From an uncultured Anaerolineales bacterium (GTDB lineage Bacteria; Chloroflexota; Anaerolineae; Anaerolineales; UBA11858), in assembly GCA_964621835.1 (NCBI GenBank), contig CAZUMA010000002.1, forward strand, positions 28,392 through 92,391: a stretch of 64,000 bases of DNA. The letters run 5' to 3'. Below, piece by piece: positions 26,543 to 35,800 of this stretch. A model generated the notes under the pieces. It saw nothing but the letters and a program-made list of their open reading frames with translations. It was not told the origin of the DNA and ran no database searches. Numbering within the stretch: the first letter of the stretch is position 1; every line of letters starts with the position of its first letter. Both the position numbers and the translations under genes were made by a program.

Positions 26543-29284
26543 ATGGCAGACCAGAAATGGGTCTACACTTTTCAAGAGGTAGAAGAAGCAGAAGAGCATG
26601 TTGGCGGTTCATGGAACAAAGTCCGGGCTTTACTCGGTGGGAAAGGCGCGAATCTGGCGGAAATGACCCGGATTGGCATCCCGGTCCCCCCGGGATTTAC
26701 CGTGACCACTGAGGCCTGCAATGCCTACCTGGAAGCGGGAAATGAGTTTCCCGAGGGGATGTGGGAGCAGGAACTTGAGGCCATGAAGGAAACAGAGAAA
26801 GAAACAGGAAAATCTTTTGGAGATCCTGAGAATCCGCTCCTGGTTTCCTGCCGCTCTGGAGCAGTCAAATCGATGCCGGGGATGATGGACACTGTCTTGA
26901 ATATTGGCCTCAACGATGAAACCGTTGCAGGGATGGTTAAACTGACTAAGGATGAGCGTTTTGTATACGACGCTTATCGACGCCTGGTTCAGATGTTTGG
27001 ATCAGTGGTGCTGGGGATCGATGATGAGGCCTTCGAAGAGGTCCTTGATGAGTATAAAGAAGAGAAGAAAGTCAAACTCGATACAGACCTGAATGCTGAG
27101 GACTGGAAGAAGCTCACCAAAGAATTTAAAAAGATCGTCAAGGAGGAAAAGGGGTTTGATTTTCCAGAAGACCCTTATCAGCAGCTGCGCATGGCAACTG
27201 AAGCAGTTTTTGGGTCCTGGAATGTCAAACGCGCTGTGGACTACCGGAACGCTGCCGGGATATCCCATGATCTGGGTACCGCTGTCAATGTCATGACCAT
27301 GGTGTTTGGCAATATGGGAGAGGAGTCCGGCACCGGGGTGGCCTTTACACGCAATCCTTCCACAGGCGAAAAGAAGCTCTGGGGAGAGTATTTGCTCAAT
27401 GCCCAGGGTGAGGATGTAGTCGCCGGGATCCGGAATGCTGAAGAGATCAGCCAGCTGCAGGAAGAGATGCCGGAGGTTTATGAAGATTTTCAGGACATTA
27501 CCACGAAGTTAGAGCAGCACTACCGGGAGATGCAGGATGTGGAATTCACTATTGAGCGCGGGAAGCTCTGGATGCTGCAAACCCGGGATGGAAAACGGAC
27601 AGCAAAAGCAGCTGTGAAAATTGCCGTGGATATGGCAAACGAAGGCCTGATCAGCCGTGAAGAAGCGGTGATGCGTGTGGAGCCTTATCAGGTGGACACT
27701 CTCCTGCACCCTCAGTTCATTCCCGAGGAGAAAACGGCAGCTCAGGAAGATGGAAAACTGGTGGCCACGGGTGTGAATGCCTCCCCCGGCGCAGCGGTGG
27801 GGAACGCCTATTTTGATGCGGATACCGCTGAGGAGAAATCCAAGAATGGGGGGGAAGATGTGATCATGGTTCGCCCGTTTACCAAGCCTGATGATGTGCA
27901 TGGGATGCTGGCTTCCAAAGGAATTCTCACCAGTGAGGGAGGGGCGACCAGCCATGCAGCAGTCGTTGCCCGGCAGTTTGGTATCCCCTGCGTGGTTGGG
28001 GCTTCCGATGTGAAGATAAATATGGAAAAGCGTCAGCTGGAAGCGAATGGGGTTGTGGTGAAAGAAGGGGATGCGCTTTCTGTGGACGGAACAACGGGAG
28101 AGGTCTTTTTGGGTGAAATACCTTCAGTCTCCCCCTCCCTTGAGGAGCAAACCGAGCTGATGGAAATTCTTGAGTGGGCGGATGAAATCTCTGCCACCGC
28201 GAATATCCGGCAGGCTCCAAAAGGCTGGCCCACCCGCGGTCTTATGGTTTGGGCCAATGCAGATTACCCGGAGGATGCCCGGCGGGCACGCTCCTACGGC
28301 GCTCAGGGAATCGGACTCTGCCGGACCGAGCATATGTTCTTTGAACCTGAACGGCTGCCGATTGTCCAGCGCATGATTCTAGCAGACAGCGTCGAAAAGC
28401 GTCAGCAAGCCCTGGATGAACTGCTTCCTTACCAGCGAAGTGATTTTGATGGTTTGTTTGAAGCAATGACGGGTCTTCCCGTCATCATTCGCTTGATTGA
28501 CCCGCCACTCCATGAGTTTATGCCGGATGAACATGCCCTTCTGGAAGAAGTCATCACAAACCGCATTGAAGGTGAGGTCGATGAGGAAAAAGAAGAGCTG
28601 CTTGCCAGCATTCAGAACCTGCATGAAAGCAACCCAATGATGGGGCTCCGGGGGGTGCGGTTGAGCGTGGTGATGCCGGAAATTGTCAGCATGCAGGTGC
28701 GGGCGATTTTTGAAGCGGCAGCCGATGTCAAACTCAGAGGTTTTGAGCCCAAGCCAGAGGTGATGATCCCCCTGACAGGGCACATCAACGAGCTTCATTT
28801 CATCCAACCAAAGTTGGAAGAGATCGCAGAAAAGGTGATGGATGAAAAAGGCGTGGAATTTGAATACAAGTTCGGGACGATGATCGAGATTCCCCGGGCT
28901 GGCTTAACCGCGGACGAGATTGCTGAAACCGCAGAATTTTTCTCCTTTGGCACAAACGACCTGACCCAATTTACTTTCGGGTACAGCCGGGATGATGCCG
29001 AGCGGAACTTCCTGGTCAAGTACGTGGAAGATGGGATTCTGCCAAAAAATCCGTTCCAGACCATTGATCTAAAGGGAGTTGGCCAGTTAATGGATCTGAC
29101 TGTGAAAAAAGGCAGAGACACCCGAACGGACCTTGAGGTGGGAATATGCGGTGAGCACGGGGGCGATCCGGAGTCAATTGATTGGTGCTACCAGATCGGC
29201 CTTGATTACGTCAGCTGCTCGCCTTTCCGGGTTCCTGTGGCAAGGTTGGCTGCTGCTCAATCCGCTGTGAACCACAGGGACTAG
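26543..29284 (+). CDS. ppdK: Pyruvate, phosphate dikinase
   Basis: GGKGANLAEM, phosphohistidine region GGATSHAAVVARQFGIPCVVG, GLCRTEHMFF, CGEHGGDP. Confidence 0.95.
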   Translation: MADQKWVYTFQEVEEAEEHVGGSWNKVRALLGGKGANLAEMTRIGIPVPPGFTVTTEACNAYLEAGNEFPEGMWEQELEAMKETEKETGKSFGDPENPLLVSCRSGAVKSMPGMMDTVLNIGLNDETVAGMVKLTKDERFVYDAYRRLVQMFGSVVLGIDDEAFEEVLDEYKEEKKVKLDTDLNAEDWKKLTKEFKKIVKEEKGFDFPEDPYQQLRMATEAVFGSWNVKRAVDYRNAAGISHDLGTAVNVMTMVFGNMGEESGTGVAFTRNPSTGEKKLWGEYLLNAQGEDVVAGIRNAEEISQLQEEMPEVYEDFQDITTKLEQHYREMQDVEFTIERGKLWMLQTRDGKRTAKAAVKIAVDMANEGLISREEAVMRVEPYQVDTLLHPQFIPEEKTAAQEDGKLVATGVNASPGAAVGNAYFDADTAEEKSKNGGEDVIMVRPFTKPDDVHGMLASKGILTSEGGATSHAAVVARQFGIPCVVGASDVKINMEKRQLEANGVVVKEGDALSVDGTTGEVFLGEIPSVSPSLEEQTELMEILEWADEISATANIRQAPKGWPTRGLMVWANADYPEDARRARSYGAQGIGLCRTEHMFFEPERLPIVQRMILADSVEKRQQALDELLPYQRSDFDGLFEAMTGLPVIIRLIDPPLHEFMPDEHALLEEVITNRIEGEVDEEKEELLASIQNLHESNPMMGLRGVRLSVVMPEIVSMQVRAIFEAAADVKLRGFEPKPEVMIPLTGHINELHFIQPKLEEIAEKVMDEKGVEFEYKFGTMIEIPRAGLTADEIAETAEFFSFGTNDLTQFTFGYSRDDAERNFLVKYVEDGILPKNPFQTIDLKGVGQLMDLTVKKGRDTRTDLEVGICGEHGGDPESIDWCYQIGLDYVSCSPFRVPVARLAAAQSAVNHRD

Positions 29285-29304
29285 CCCCCCTTTTCAACCA
29301 CGAA

Positions 29305-29344
29305 GGAGCAAGGGAATCCTGGATTCCCTCGCTCCTTTTTTTTA
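29305..29344 (+). terminator. Intrinsic terminator after ppdK
   Basis: ggagcaagggaatcc/ggattccctcgctcc hairpin followed by a 9-T run. Confidence 0.8.
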
Positions 29345-29488
29345 TTAAAATCACTTGCAACCTCGCTCCGGGTTCCGGAGGACCGCGATCATAAAGTTTT
29401 CGATTTGGTAATGGTGATATTAAAAATCATGATAAGATGTAGGCAGGGGATGCGGATGTCAGGCGTTATCTAAGAAAGGAGCGAATGT

Positions 29489-30172
29489 ATGGATTTTGGA
29501 AAAGCATTTTCATTTGTATTTGATGATGAGGAGTGGTTGAAGAAAATTGGCATTGCAGGCCTGATCGTTTTAATCCCTCTGATTGGTGGGATTGTCATCT
29601 TTGGATGGGGGTTGGAGGTGGCCAAACGGGTGATTCAAAAGGATCCAGAACCGCTGCCGGATTGGAGTGATTTTGGCGGATACCTGGTCAATGGATTTTT
29701 AGGTATTTTGATTTCATTTGTCTTCTTCCTCCCGGTGATTTTGGTTCAAGCCTGCAGCGCCGGGTTGACCCCCCTGCTGGAGAATATGAACCAGGATTCC
29801 GCCCTGACGGTGATCTGGATTGTTACAGCATGCTTTGGATGCTTCACCTTCCTCTACAGCCTGGCGGCTTATCTGGTGCTTCCAGCTGCTTTGGGGAGGT
29901 TTGCAGCCACAGGGGAAATTGGGGCTGCCTTTAAATTTGGCGATGTCTTCGGGATGGTTCGGGATAATCTTGGGACCTATGCGCTGGTATTGCTGGGGAT
30001 GCTTGTCTCCAGTTTGGTTGCCTCTTTAGGGGTCATTGCCTGCGTCATTGGCGTTCTATTCACCAGTGCTTATTCTGCCGTCATTAATGGCCACCTGATT
30101 GGCCAGTCATATAATGTGGCAACTGCTGGTGAGATCGCTCCCCCCAGTGAACCAATCCCGGCTGCTGGCTAG
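29489..30172 (+). CDS. DUF4013-like polytopic membrane protein
   Basis: MDFGKAFSFVFDDEEWLKKIGIAGLIVLIPLIGGIV... resembles the DUF4013 N-terminus. Multiple TM helices. Confidence 0.65.
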   Translation: MDFGKAFSFVFDDEEWLKKIGIAGLIVLIPLIGGIVIFGWGLEVAKRVIQKDPEPLPDWSDFGGYLVNGFLGILISFVFFLPVILVQACSAGLTPLLENMNQDSALTVIWIVTACFGCFTFLYSLAAYLVLPAALGRFAATGEIGAAFKFGDVFGMVRDNLGTYALVLLGMLVSSLVASLGVIACVIGVLFTSAYSAVINGHLIGQSYNVATAGEIAPPSEPIPAAG

Positions 30173-30193
30173 CTCCAGGGAAACTGTCCATCC

Positions 30194-30229
30194 AAAAAGC
30201 GATGCTCATGGAAGCATCGCTTTTTTTTA
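30194..30229. terminator. Bidirectional intrinsic terminator
   Basis: agcgatgct/agcatcgct arms, flanked by an A-run and a T-run, between convergent genes. Confidence 0.75.
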
Positions 30230-30249
30230 TCGACCGGGTTATTTTTCGA

Positions 30250-30810
30250 TCAGGCAGACTTGATCTTGACCTGATCTGCAAATGAAAAACCGCGGTCCAT
30301 GGCCTGGAAATTCATCGGCAAGGTATTTCTGTGCCGCTCAGGGATATGATCCTCGAGGGCTTGTTTGATGACCGCCAGGGGCAGGATGGGTCTGAGATTA
30401 ACCATCGCGCCAAGCATGATCATGTTAGCCAGCCGGGATAAGCCAATTTCTTCAGCGATATCATTGGCAGGGATCAAGAGGGAATGAATGTCCTCCCGAT
30501 TGATTTCCCGATTTACGAGGCTTGCGTTCGCGATCAGAATTCCTTTTGAGGGAATTCGCGTTTCGTACTTGTCCACGGAGGGAAGATTCAAGGCCAGGAC
30601 CACATCGGGATTTCTCACCAGGGGAGATCCAATTGGTTCCGGGGAGATGATCACCGTACAATGAGCTGTCCCGCCCCGCATCTCGGGGCCATAAGAAGGG
30701 ATCCAGGTGACATGATAGCCATTATCCATCGCTGCATAGGCCAACACCTGACCGGAAAAGAGCGTTCCCTGGCCCCCAAATCCAGAAATAATGATGCTGA
30801 TTTCCTCCAT
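30250..30810 (-). CDS. 2-oxoacid:ferredoxin oxidoreductase, gamma subunit
   Basis: ISGFGGQGTLFSGQVLAYAAM...YGPEMRGGTAHCTVIIS. Confidence 0.85.
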   Translation of the reverse strand: MEEISIIISGFGGQGTLFSGQVLAYAAMDNGYHVTWIPSYGPEMRGGTAHCTVIISPEPIGSPLVRNPDVVLALNLPSVDKYETRIPSKGILIANASLVNREINREDIHSLLIPANDIAEEIGLSRLANMIMLGAMVNLRPILPLAVIKQALEDHIPERHRNTLPMNFQAMDRGFSFADQVKIKSA

Positions 30811-30823
30811 AGCTTTGTTCTCC

Positions 30824-31597
30824 TTAGACCTTAAGTGCCTGCAACTCAGCCGTCACCTTGTAATCCCCGGGTGGAAATACCGGGACCATTTTTTCCGCCA
30901 CAAAGTCAAGGGCTTCCTGGGGTGTCATCTTCCAATTGGTTGGACAGGAGGAGAGCAGTTCCACCATCGAAAATCCTAAGCCTCTCTCCTGGGCTTCGAA
31001 AGCAAGCCGGATGGCCTTTTTCGCTTTGCGAATATTTGCTGGATTATGCAGGCTGCGGCGGACAATATATCCTGAACCTTCGATGGTTGCCAGCAGCTCT
31101 GCGATCCGCAACGGAAAGCCAGCCAGCTCAACATCCCTGCCATAAGGTGAGGAGGTGGTTTTCATGCCGGGCAGCGTGGTGGGTGCCATCTGACCTCCGG
31201 TCATGCCGTAGATGGCGTTATTGATAAAGATCACGGAGATGTTTTCCCCCCGGGCCGCTGCATGCATTATTTCTGCAATACCGATGGAGGCCAGATCGCC
31301 ATCCCCCTGATAGGTGAAAACAAAATTTTCCGGCAGGACTCTTTTGATGCCGGTCGCCATCGCTGGTGCCCGGCCGTGCGCAGCTTCTACAAAATCCATC
31401 TCAAAATACTTATAGGCAAAAACGGAGCAGCCCACCGGGGCTACCCCGATTGCTTTTTCTTTTAAAGCCATCTCATCAATGACTTCTGCAATCAGCCGGT
31501 GGGCAACACCATGGGTGCATCCCGGACAGTAGTGCGTATGGATATCCGTAAAGGAATCAGGACGCTGGTAAACAACATCTCCTGCCGTAGTGACCAT
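30824..31597 (-). CDS. 2-oxoacid:ferredoxin oxidoreductase, beta (TPP-binding) subunit
   Basis: [32 protein letters not shown]. Confidence 0.9.
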   Translation of the reverse strand: MVTTAGDVVYQRPDSFTDIHTHYCPGCTHGVAHRLIAEVIDEMALKEKAIGVAPVGCSVFAYKYFEMDFVEAAHGRAPAMATGIKRVLPENFVFTYQGDGDLASIGIAEIMHAAARGENISVIFINNAIYGMTGGQMAPTTLPGMKTTSSPYGRDVELAGFPLRIAELLATIEGSGYIVRRSLHNPANIRKAKKAIRLAFEAQERGLGFSMVELLSSCPTNWKMTPQEALDFVAEKMVPVFPPGDYKVTAELQALKV

Positions 31598-32721
31598 TAT
31601 TCTTCTCCCATGAGCTTGGTTTCCATCCGGGTGATCCAGGCGTCCCGGGGGTCATCCTGAACCGGTGCATCATTCCCGGCCGTCCTCTTGATTTCTGCAA
31701 GGATTTCGTCTGGAAGGGGGGTCACCCCTCCCGTCCTGCCGTAGAACTCGATCGGGACCTTTCCTTGAACGATCTTGATGATGTCATCGAGCATCATCCC
31801 GGAGTTCATCTCTACCACCAGAATGCGGTCTACCTGGTCAATTAACTCTCTCAGCCGCTGCTGGGGAAAAGGCGCCAGGGTGATTGGACGCAGAAGCCCC
31901 ACCGGAATCCCTTCTTCCCGCGCCTCCCTGACCGCAGAGGAAGCCACCCTGCCCGCTGTTCCAAAACCGATCACCAGAATCCTTGGATCTTCCATATAAT
32001 ATTCCTGGAAGCGGACCTCATTTTTTTCCACATCCTTCCACCGCTTCAGCAGACGCAGGACGGTGACCTCCTCATCTTCTGGATCAATGTAAATTGAGGA
32101 CAGCGTCCGTGGTTCCCGTCCTTTTGCGCCGGTGATTGCCCATTCCGGCATCTGGGTAGGGACCTCCCGCATTGGAGGGAGCTCAGCTGGCTCCATCATC
32201 TGGCCCATGTTTCCATCCACAATCACATGAACGATTGAGCGGTACTTTTCAGCTAGATCAAATGCCAGGCCGATAGAGTCGATTGCTTCCTGGACACTGG
32301 CCGGAGCCAGGACAATGGGAAAGTAATCCCCATGCCCGCCCCCTTTTACCATTTGAAAATAGTCCCCCTGTGAGGGGGCAATATTTCCCAATCCTGGGCC
32401 TCCTCGCATGACGTTGACGATCACTGCGGGGACCTCCGTGCCAGCGATGTAGGAAATCCCTTCCATCATCAGGCTGACTCCCGGGCTGGAGGAAGCGGTC
32501 ATCACCCGTTTCCCTGTGCAGGCGGCCCCATATACCATGTTGATGGCTGCGACTTCACTCTCCGCCTGAACGAAAGCACGCCCTAAACCGGGCATGCGTT
32601 TTGCCATATGCTCCAGGAATTCCGTGGACGGAGTGATTGGATATCCAAAAAACGCTTCCACACCCGCACGAATTGCAGCTTCAGCAAAGGCGTGGTTTCC
32701 CTTTAACAGTTCTTTTGCCAA
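31597..32721 (-). CDS. 2-oxoacid:ferredoxin oxidoreductase, alpha subunit
   Basis: (M)[36 protein letters not shown] 32721 has AGGAGG 8 nt upstream. The ORF-track start 32808 would overlap the delta gene. Confidence 0.85.
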   Translation of the reverse strand: MAKELLKGNHAFAEAAIRAGVEAFFGYPITPSTEFLEHMAKRMPGLGRAFVQAESEVAAINMVYGAACTGKRVMTASSSPGVSLMMEGISYIAGTEVPAVIVNVMRGGPGLGNIAPSQGDYFQMVKGGGHGDYFPIVLAPASVQEAIDSIGLAFDLAEKYRSIVHVIVDGNMGQMMEPAELPPMREVPTQMPEWAITGAKGREPRTLSSIYIDPEDEEVTVLRLLKRWKDVEKNEVRFQEYYMEDPRILVIGFGTAGRVASSAVREAREEGIPVGLLRPITLAPFPQQRLRELIDQVDRILVVEMNSGMMLDDIIKIVQGKVPIEFYGRTGGVTPLPDEILAEIKRTAGNDAPVQDDPRDAWITRMETKLMGEE

Positions 32722-32726
32722 CGGTG

Positions 32727-32966
32727 TTACCTCCTGGCTTTTTGTTTGGCTTGTTCCCGGTATACCGTGATCGCTGCGTCTGGACAAATCACCGCGCAAA
32801 TCCCGCACCCGGTGCAGGTTTCAGTGACCATTTTTGCCGGGTGATACCCTTTAGGGGTCAGCCGGTCCATATCTAATTCAAGGACTTCCTGGGGACAGGC
32901 TTCAACGCATAAACCACAACCCTTACAAAATATGTCATCGACGAATATCCATCCTGTAACTGGCAT
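32727..32966 (-). CDS. 2-oxoacid:ferredoxin oxidoreductase, delta (2x[4Fe-4S] ferredoxin) subunit
   Basis: [12 protein letters not shown] and [12 protein letters not shown]. Confidence 0.85.
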   Translation of the reverse strand: MPVTGWIFVDDIFCKGCGLCVEACPQEVLELDMDRLTPKGYHPAKMVTETCTGCGICAVICPDAAITVYREQAKQKARR

Positions 32967-33192
32967 CGGGGAAGCTCCTTTCTATAAACCTCTCAGCAGC
33001 ACCTATAAAATCATCAGTACCATGCTTTCACAAAAGCACTTCGAATCCTGCCTGTTGAAACCATGCGTTTGGCAAGGATAATTATAAGATCTCCTCCTGA
33101 CTTGTCCTAGTGACACAATACAGGTCTGTTTGAGTTGATTATCAGGTTGATGAAACTCAGGAGAGGGGAAAACCAGAGAAGAAAGGATTTTA

Positions 33193-33220
33193 TTGACAGT
33201 CCCCTCTACTTTGGTATAAT
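33193..33220 (+). promoter_or_regulatory. Near-consensus promoter of rplU-rpmA-rpmE (TTGACA-16-TGgTATAAT)
   Basis: TTGACA at 33193-33198, TG at 33212-33213, TATAAT at 33215-33220. Confidence 0.7.
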
Positions 33221-33354
33221 GGCACGGCAATAAAGACCACGGTCTGAAACGTATTAAATATAAACGGGTATTCACCCCCAACTTCCCCGCAGTCCAGTGG
33301 GAGAGCACCTCAAACGCGGGAGCTGCGGTGAAGTGAAGCTTGGAGGCTGAAGAA

Positions 33355-33672
33355 ATGAATTACGCAATAGTGGTCAGTGGTGGGAAACAATACAAGGCTG
33401 TCCCGGGAGAGATCCTGCAGGTAGATCGCCTTCCGCATGAAGTGGAACAGCAGGTAGTCCTGGACGAGGTTTTATTCGTTGCGGACCAGGACAAGTTTAA
33501 AATTGGCGACCCTTTCGTTAAAGACGCAAAGGTCAAAACCACGGTCACTGACCAGATCAAAGGACCGAAGATTCAGGTATTTAAATACAAGCCAAAGGTC
33601 CGGTACCGGAAAAAACGGGGGCACCGTCAACATTACACTTTGCTGAGAGTTGACGAGATTGTAACCAAATAA
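33355..33672 (+). CDS. rplU: 50S ribosomal protein L21
   Basis: [31 protein letters not shown] lies 8 nt upstream of ATG 33355. Confidence 0.9.
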   Translation: MNYAIVVSGGKQYKAVPGEILQVDRLPHEVEQQVVLDEVLFVADQDKFKIGDPFVKDAKVKTTVTDQIKGPKIQVFKYKPKVRYRKKRGHRQHYTLLRVDEIVTK

Positions 33673-33682
33673 GGAGTATCAA

Positions 33683-33940
33683 ATGGCTCATAAAAAAGGC
33701 GGCGGGTCAACCCGCAATGGTCGTGACAGCAATTCGAAGCGGCTGGGTGTAAAAAAATATGGCGGTCAGGCAGTCCGATCCGGGCACATTTTAGTCCGGC
33801 AGCGGGGCACCAAGATTCATCCCGGCCTGAACGTTGGCCGAGGGGGCGATGACACCCTGTTTGCAACCATGGATGGTGTAGTATCCTATCAAACGTTCCG
33901 CGGAGGAAAGAAGCGGGTCAATGTGATTCCCACTGAGTAA
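33683..33940 (+). CDS. rpmA: 50S ribosomal protein L27
   Basis: [29 protein letters not shown]. No N-terminal propeptide. Confidence 0.95.
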   Translation: MAHKKGGGSTRNGRDSNSKRLGVKKYGGQAVRSGHILVRQRGTKIHPGLNVGRGGDDTLFATMDGVVSYQTFRGGKKRVNVIPTE

Positions 33941-33955
33941 GAAGGACGTGAAGGA

Positions 33956-34429
33956 ATGAAACAAGATATTCACCCGACGTATTATCCTGAAGCCAAAGTT
34001 GTTTGTGCTTGCGGAAACACCTGGACGACAGGCTCCACGCAGGAGTTAATCCGGACAGATGTTTGTTCCGCATGCCATCCCTTTTTTACGGGAGAACAGC
34101 GGATTGTCGACACGGAGGGTCAGGTTGATCGTTTTTATAAAAAGCTTAAAGTACACGAGGAATACCAGAAGCAGAAGCAGGAACGGGAGGAAAAGAAAGT
34201 CACTCCTGATGTTTCCCTGGATACCCTTGAACTGGGAACTCGAGTCGAGAATATCCTTCTGGACGCCAAGCTGGAAACCGTTGCAGATGTTCTCGCCCTG
34301 TTGGAAGATGGGGACAAAGCCCTCTTGGATATCAAAGGCTTTGGACGGAAGTCTCTTATTGATCTGAAAAAAGCGCTCCGCAGCCATGATTATGAGATCC
34401 CTGAAGCTGCGGAAGAAATTACTGTATAA
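33956..34429 (+). CDS. rpmE: 50S ribosomal protein L31 (type A) fused to an RpoA C-terminal-domain-like HhH module
   Basis: [23 protein letters not shown]...[13 protein letters not shown] is L31. After a Lys/Glu linker, [23 protein letters not shown]...[16 protein letters not shown] resembles the alpha-CTD. Confidence 0.85.
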   Translation: MKQDIHPTYYPEAKVVCACGNTWTTGSTQELIRTDVCSACHPFFTGEQRIVDTEGQVDRFYKKLKVHEEYQKQKQEREEKKVTPDVSLDTLELGTRVENILLDAKLETVADVLALLEDGDKALLDIKGFGRKSLIDLKKALRSHDYEIPEAAEEITV

Positions 34430-34457
34430 ACCTTCCTGCAGATAATTTGATACAATA

Positions 34458-34491
34458 CAGGCAGATTCAGACGATCTGCCTGTTTTTTTTT
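34458..34491 (+). terminator. Intrinsic terminator after rpmE
   Basis: caggcagat/atctgcctg hairpin followed by a 9-T run. Confidence 0.8.
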
Positions 34492-34527
34492 GGAGGGGGC
34501 ATGGAGCGGGTTGAGGAGAGAGTAGGC

Positions 34528-35112
34528 ATGAAACATCGCAACGGAAGGTTGGAGGTGATCACGGGACCGATGTTCTGTGGGAAGACGGACGAACTTCTCC
34601 GAAGGCTGCGCAGGGCCATCATTGCCAAACAGAAAATCCAGGTGTTCAAACCTGGATTTGACAACCGTTACGGCACCGGTAAGATAACCTCGCATGCCGG
34701 GAATGAGTATGACGCGGTTGCGATCGATCAAGCATCAGAGATCCCGGCAAGGCTGAAAGAGCATGTCACTGTCGTGGCAATCGATGAAGCCCAGTTTTTT
34801 GATGAGGAGATTGTTCCAGTTATCCAGGGCCTGGTTGATCAGGGCATCCGGGTTATTGTGGCTGGCCTGGATATGGATTTCCGTGGAGAACCTTTTGGGG
34901 CAATGCCCATTTTACTGGCGCAGGCTGAAATCGTCGATAAGCTGCATGCAATCTGTATGACCTGTGGAGAAGAGGCCACCCGGACCCAGCGGTTAGTGAA
35001 CGGTGCACCCGCGCATTACGAGGAACCAGTGATTATCGTCGGTGCGTCAGAATTATACGAAGCCAGGTGCCGGGAGCATCATCAGGTACCGCGGGGTAAA
35101 AAGGATCAATAG
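34528..35112 (+). CDS. tdk: Thymidine kinase
   Basis: GPMFCGKTDELLRRL, IDEAQFF, C-terminal CMTCGEEATRTQR. ATG 34528 has a GAGGAG upstream and lies after the terminator. Confidence 0.9.
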   Translation: MKHRNGRLEVITGPMFCGKTDELLRRLRRAIIAKQKIQVFKPGFDNRYGTGKITSHAGNEYDAVAIDQASEIPARLKEHVTVVAIDEAQFFDEEIVPVIQGLVDQGIRVIVAGLDMDFRGEPFGAMPILLAQAEIVDKLHAICMTCGEEATRTQRLVNGAPAHYEEPVIIVGASELYEARCREHHQVPRGKKDQ

Positions 35113-35113
35113 G

Positions 35114-35674
35114 ATGCAGTCGTACCATGAATTTCTCAGTGAAGTCCTGATCCCAGAACAGGAGCTCCAGGATAAAATCGAAGAATTGGGAGACGCGATC
35201 AGCAGAGATTACCGGGGAAGAGATTTGCACCTGGTTTGTATTCTGCGCGGAGGAATCATGTTCCTGACTGATTTAATGAGGACGATCACGGTCCCGCATT
35301 CAATTGATTTTATGGCAATTTCCTCGTACGGGTTGGGGGATCGGGATTCATCCGGTCATGTCCGGCTGACCATGGATCTTCAAGACGATATTCAGGATCG
35401 GAATGTGCTGCTGGTTGAGGATATCGTCGACAGCGGAAATACGCTGAATTCAGTCCTTGGTTTGCTGGCGACCAGAAAACCTGCCTCGTTGAAGGTGTGC
35501 ACGCTGCTTGATAAAGCAGAGCGGCGGGAAGTGGAAGTCCCAATTGATTATGTGGGATTTGTTATCCCGAATAAATATGTTTTTGGGTACGGTTTGGACC
35601 TGGATGAGTTTTACCGAGAACTCCCCTTTATTGGTGTGGTCAACGAGAACAGCTATACTCCTCCCCGACATTAA
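35114..35674 (+). CDS. hpt: Hypoxanthine phosphoribosyltransferase
   Basis: LHLVCILRGGIMF, PRPP motif LLVEDIVDSGNTL. ATG 35114 lies 1 nt after the tdk stop. Confidence 0.9.
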   Translation: MQSYHEFLSEVLIPEQELQDKIEELGDAISRDYRGRDLHLVCILRGGIMFLTDLMRTITVPHSIDFMAISSYGLGDRDSSGHVRLTMDLQDDIQDRNVLLVEDIVDSGNTLNSVLGLLATRKPASLKVCTLLDKAERREVEVPIDYVGFVIPNKYVFGYGLDLDEFYRELPFIGVVNENSYTPPRH

Positions 35675-35800
35675 TCCGATCAGAGCGTGTAAATCTGGTT
35701 GTCCCTGGATTCATCCCGGCCTGATCTGGGCTACGATTGATCGCCTGGTGTGTTGGCTGACCAGGGGATTGTAATTTCCTCCTGTTTTGAGAAGGAACTC

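Noticed and set aside
33003-33308. 101-aa minus ORF between the oxidoreductase operon and rplU.
   Set aside because: It overlaps the strong rplU promoter and leader, and has no SD and no family resemblance.
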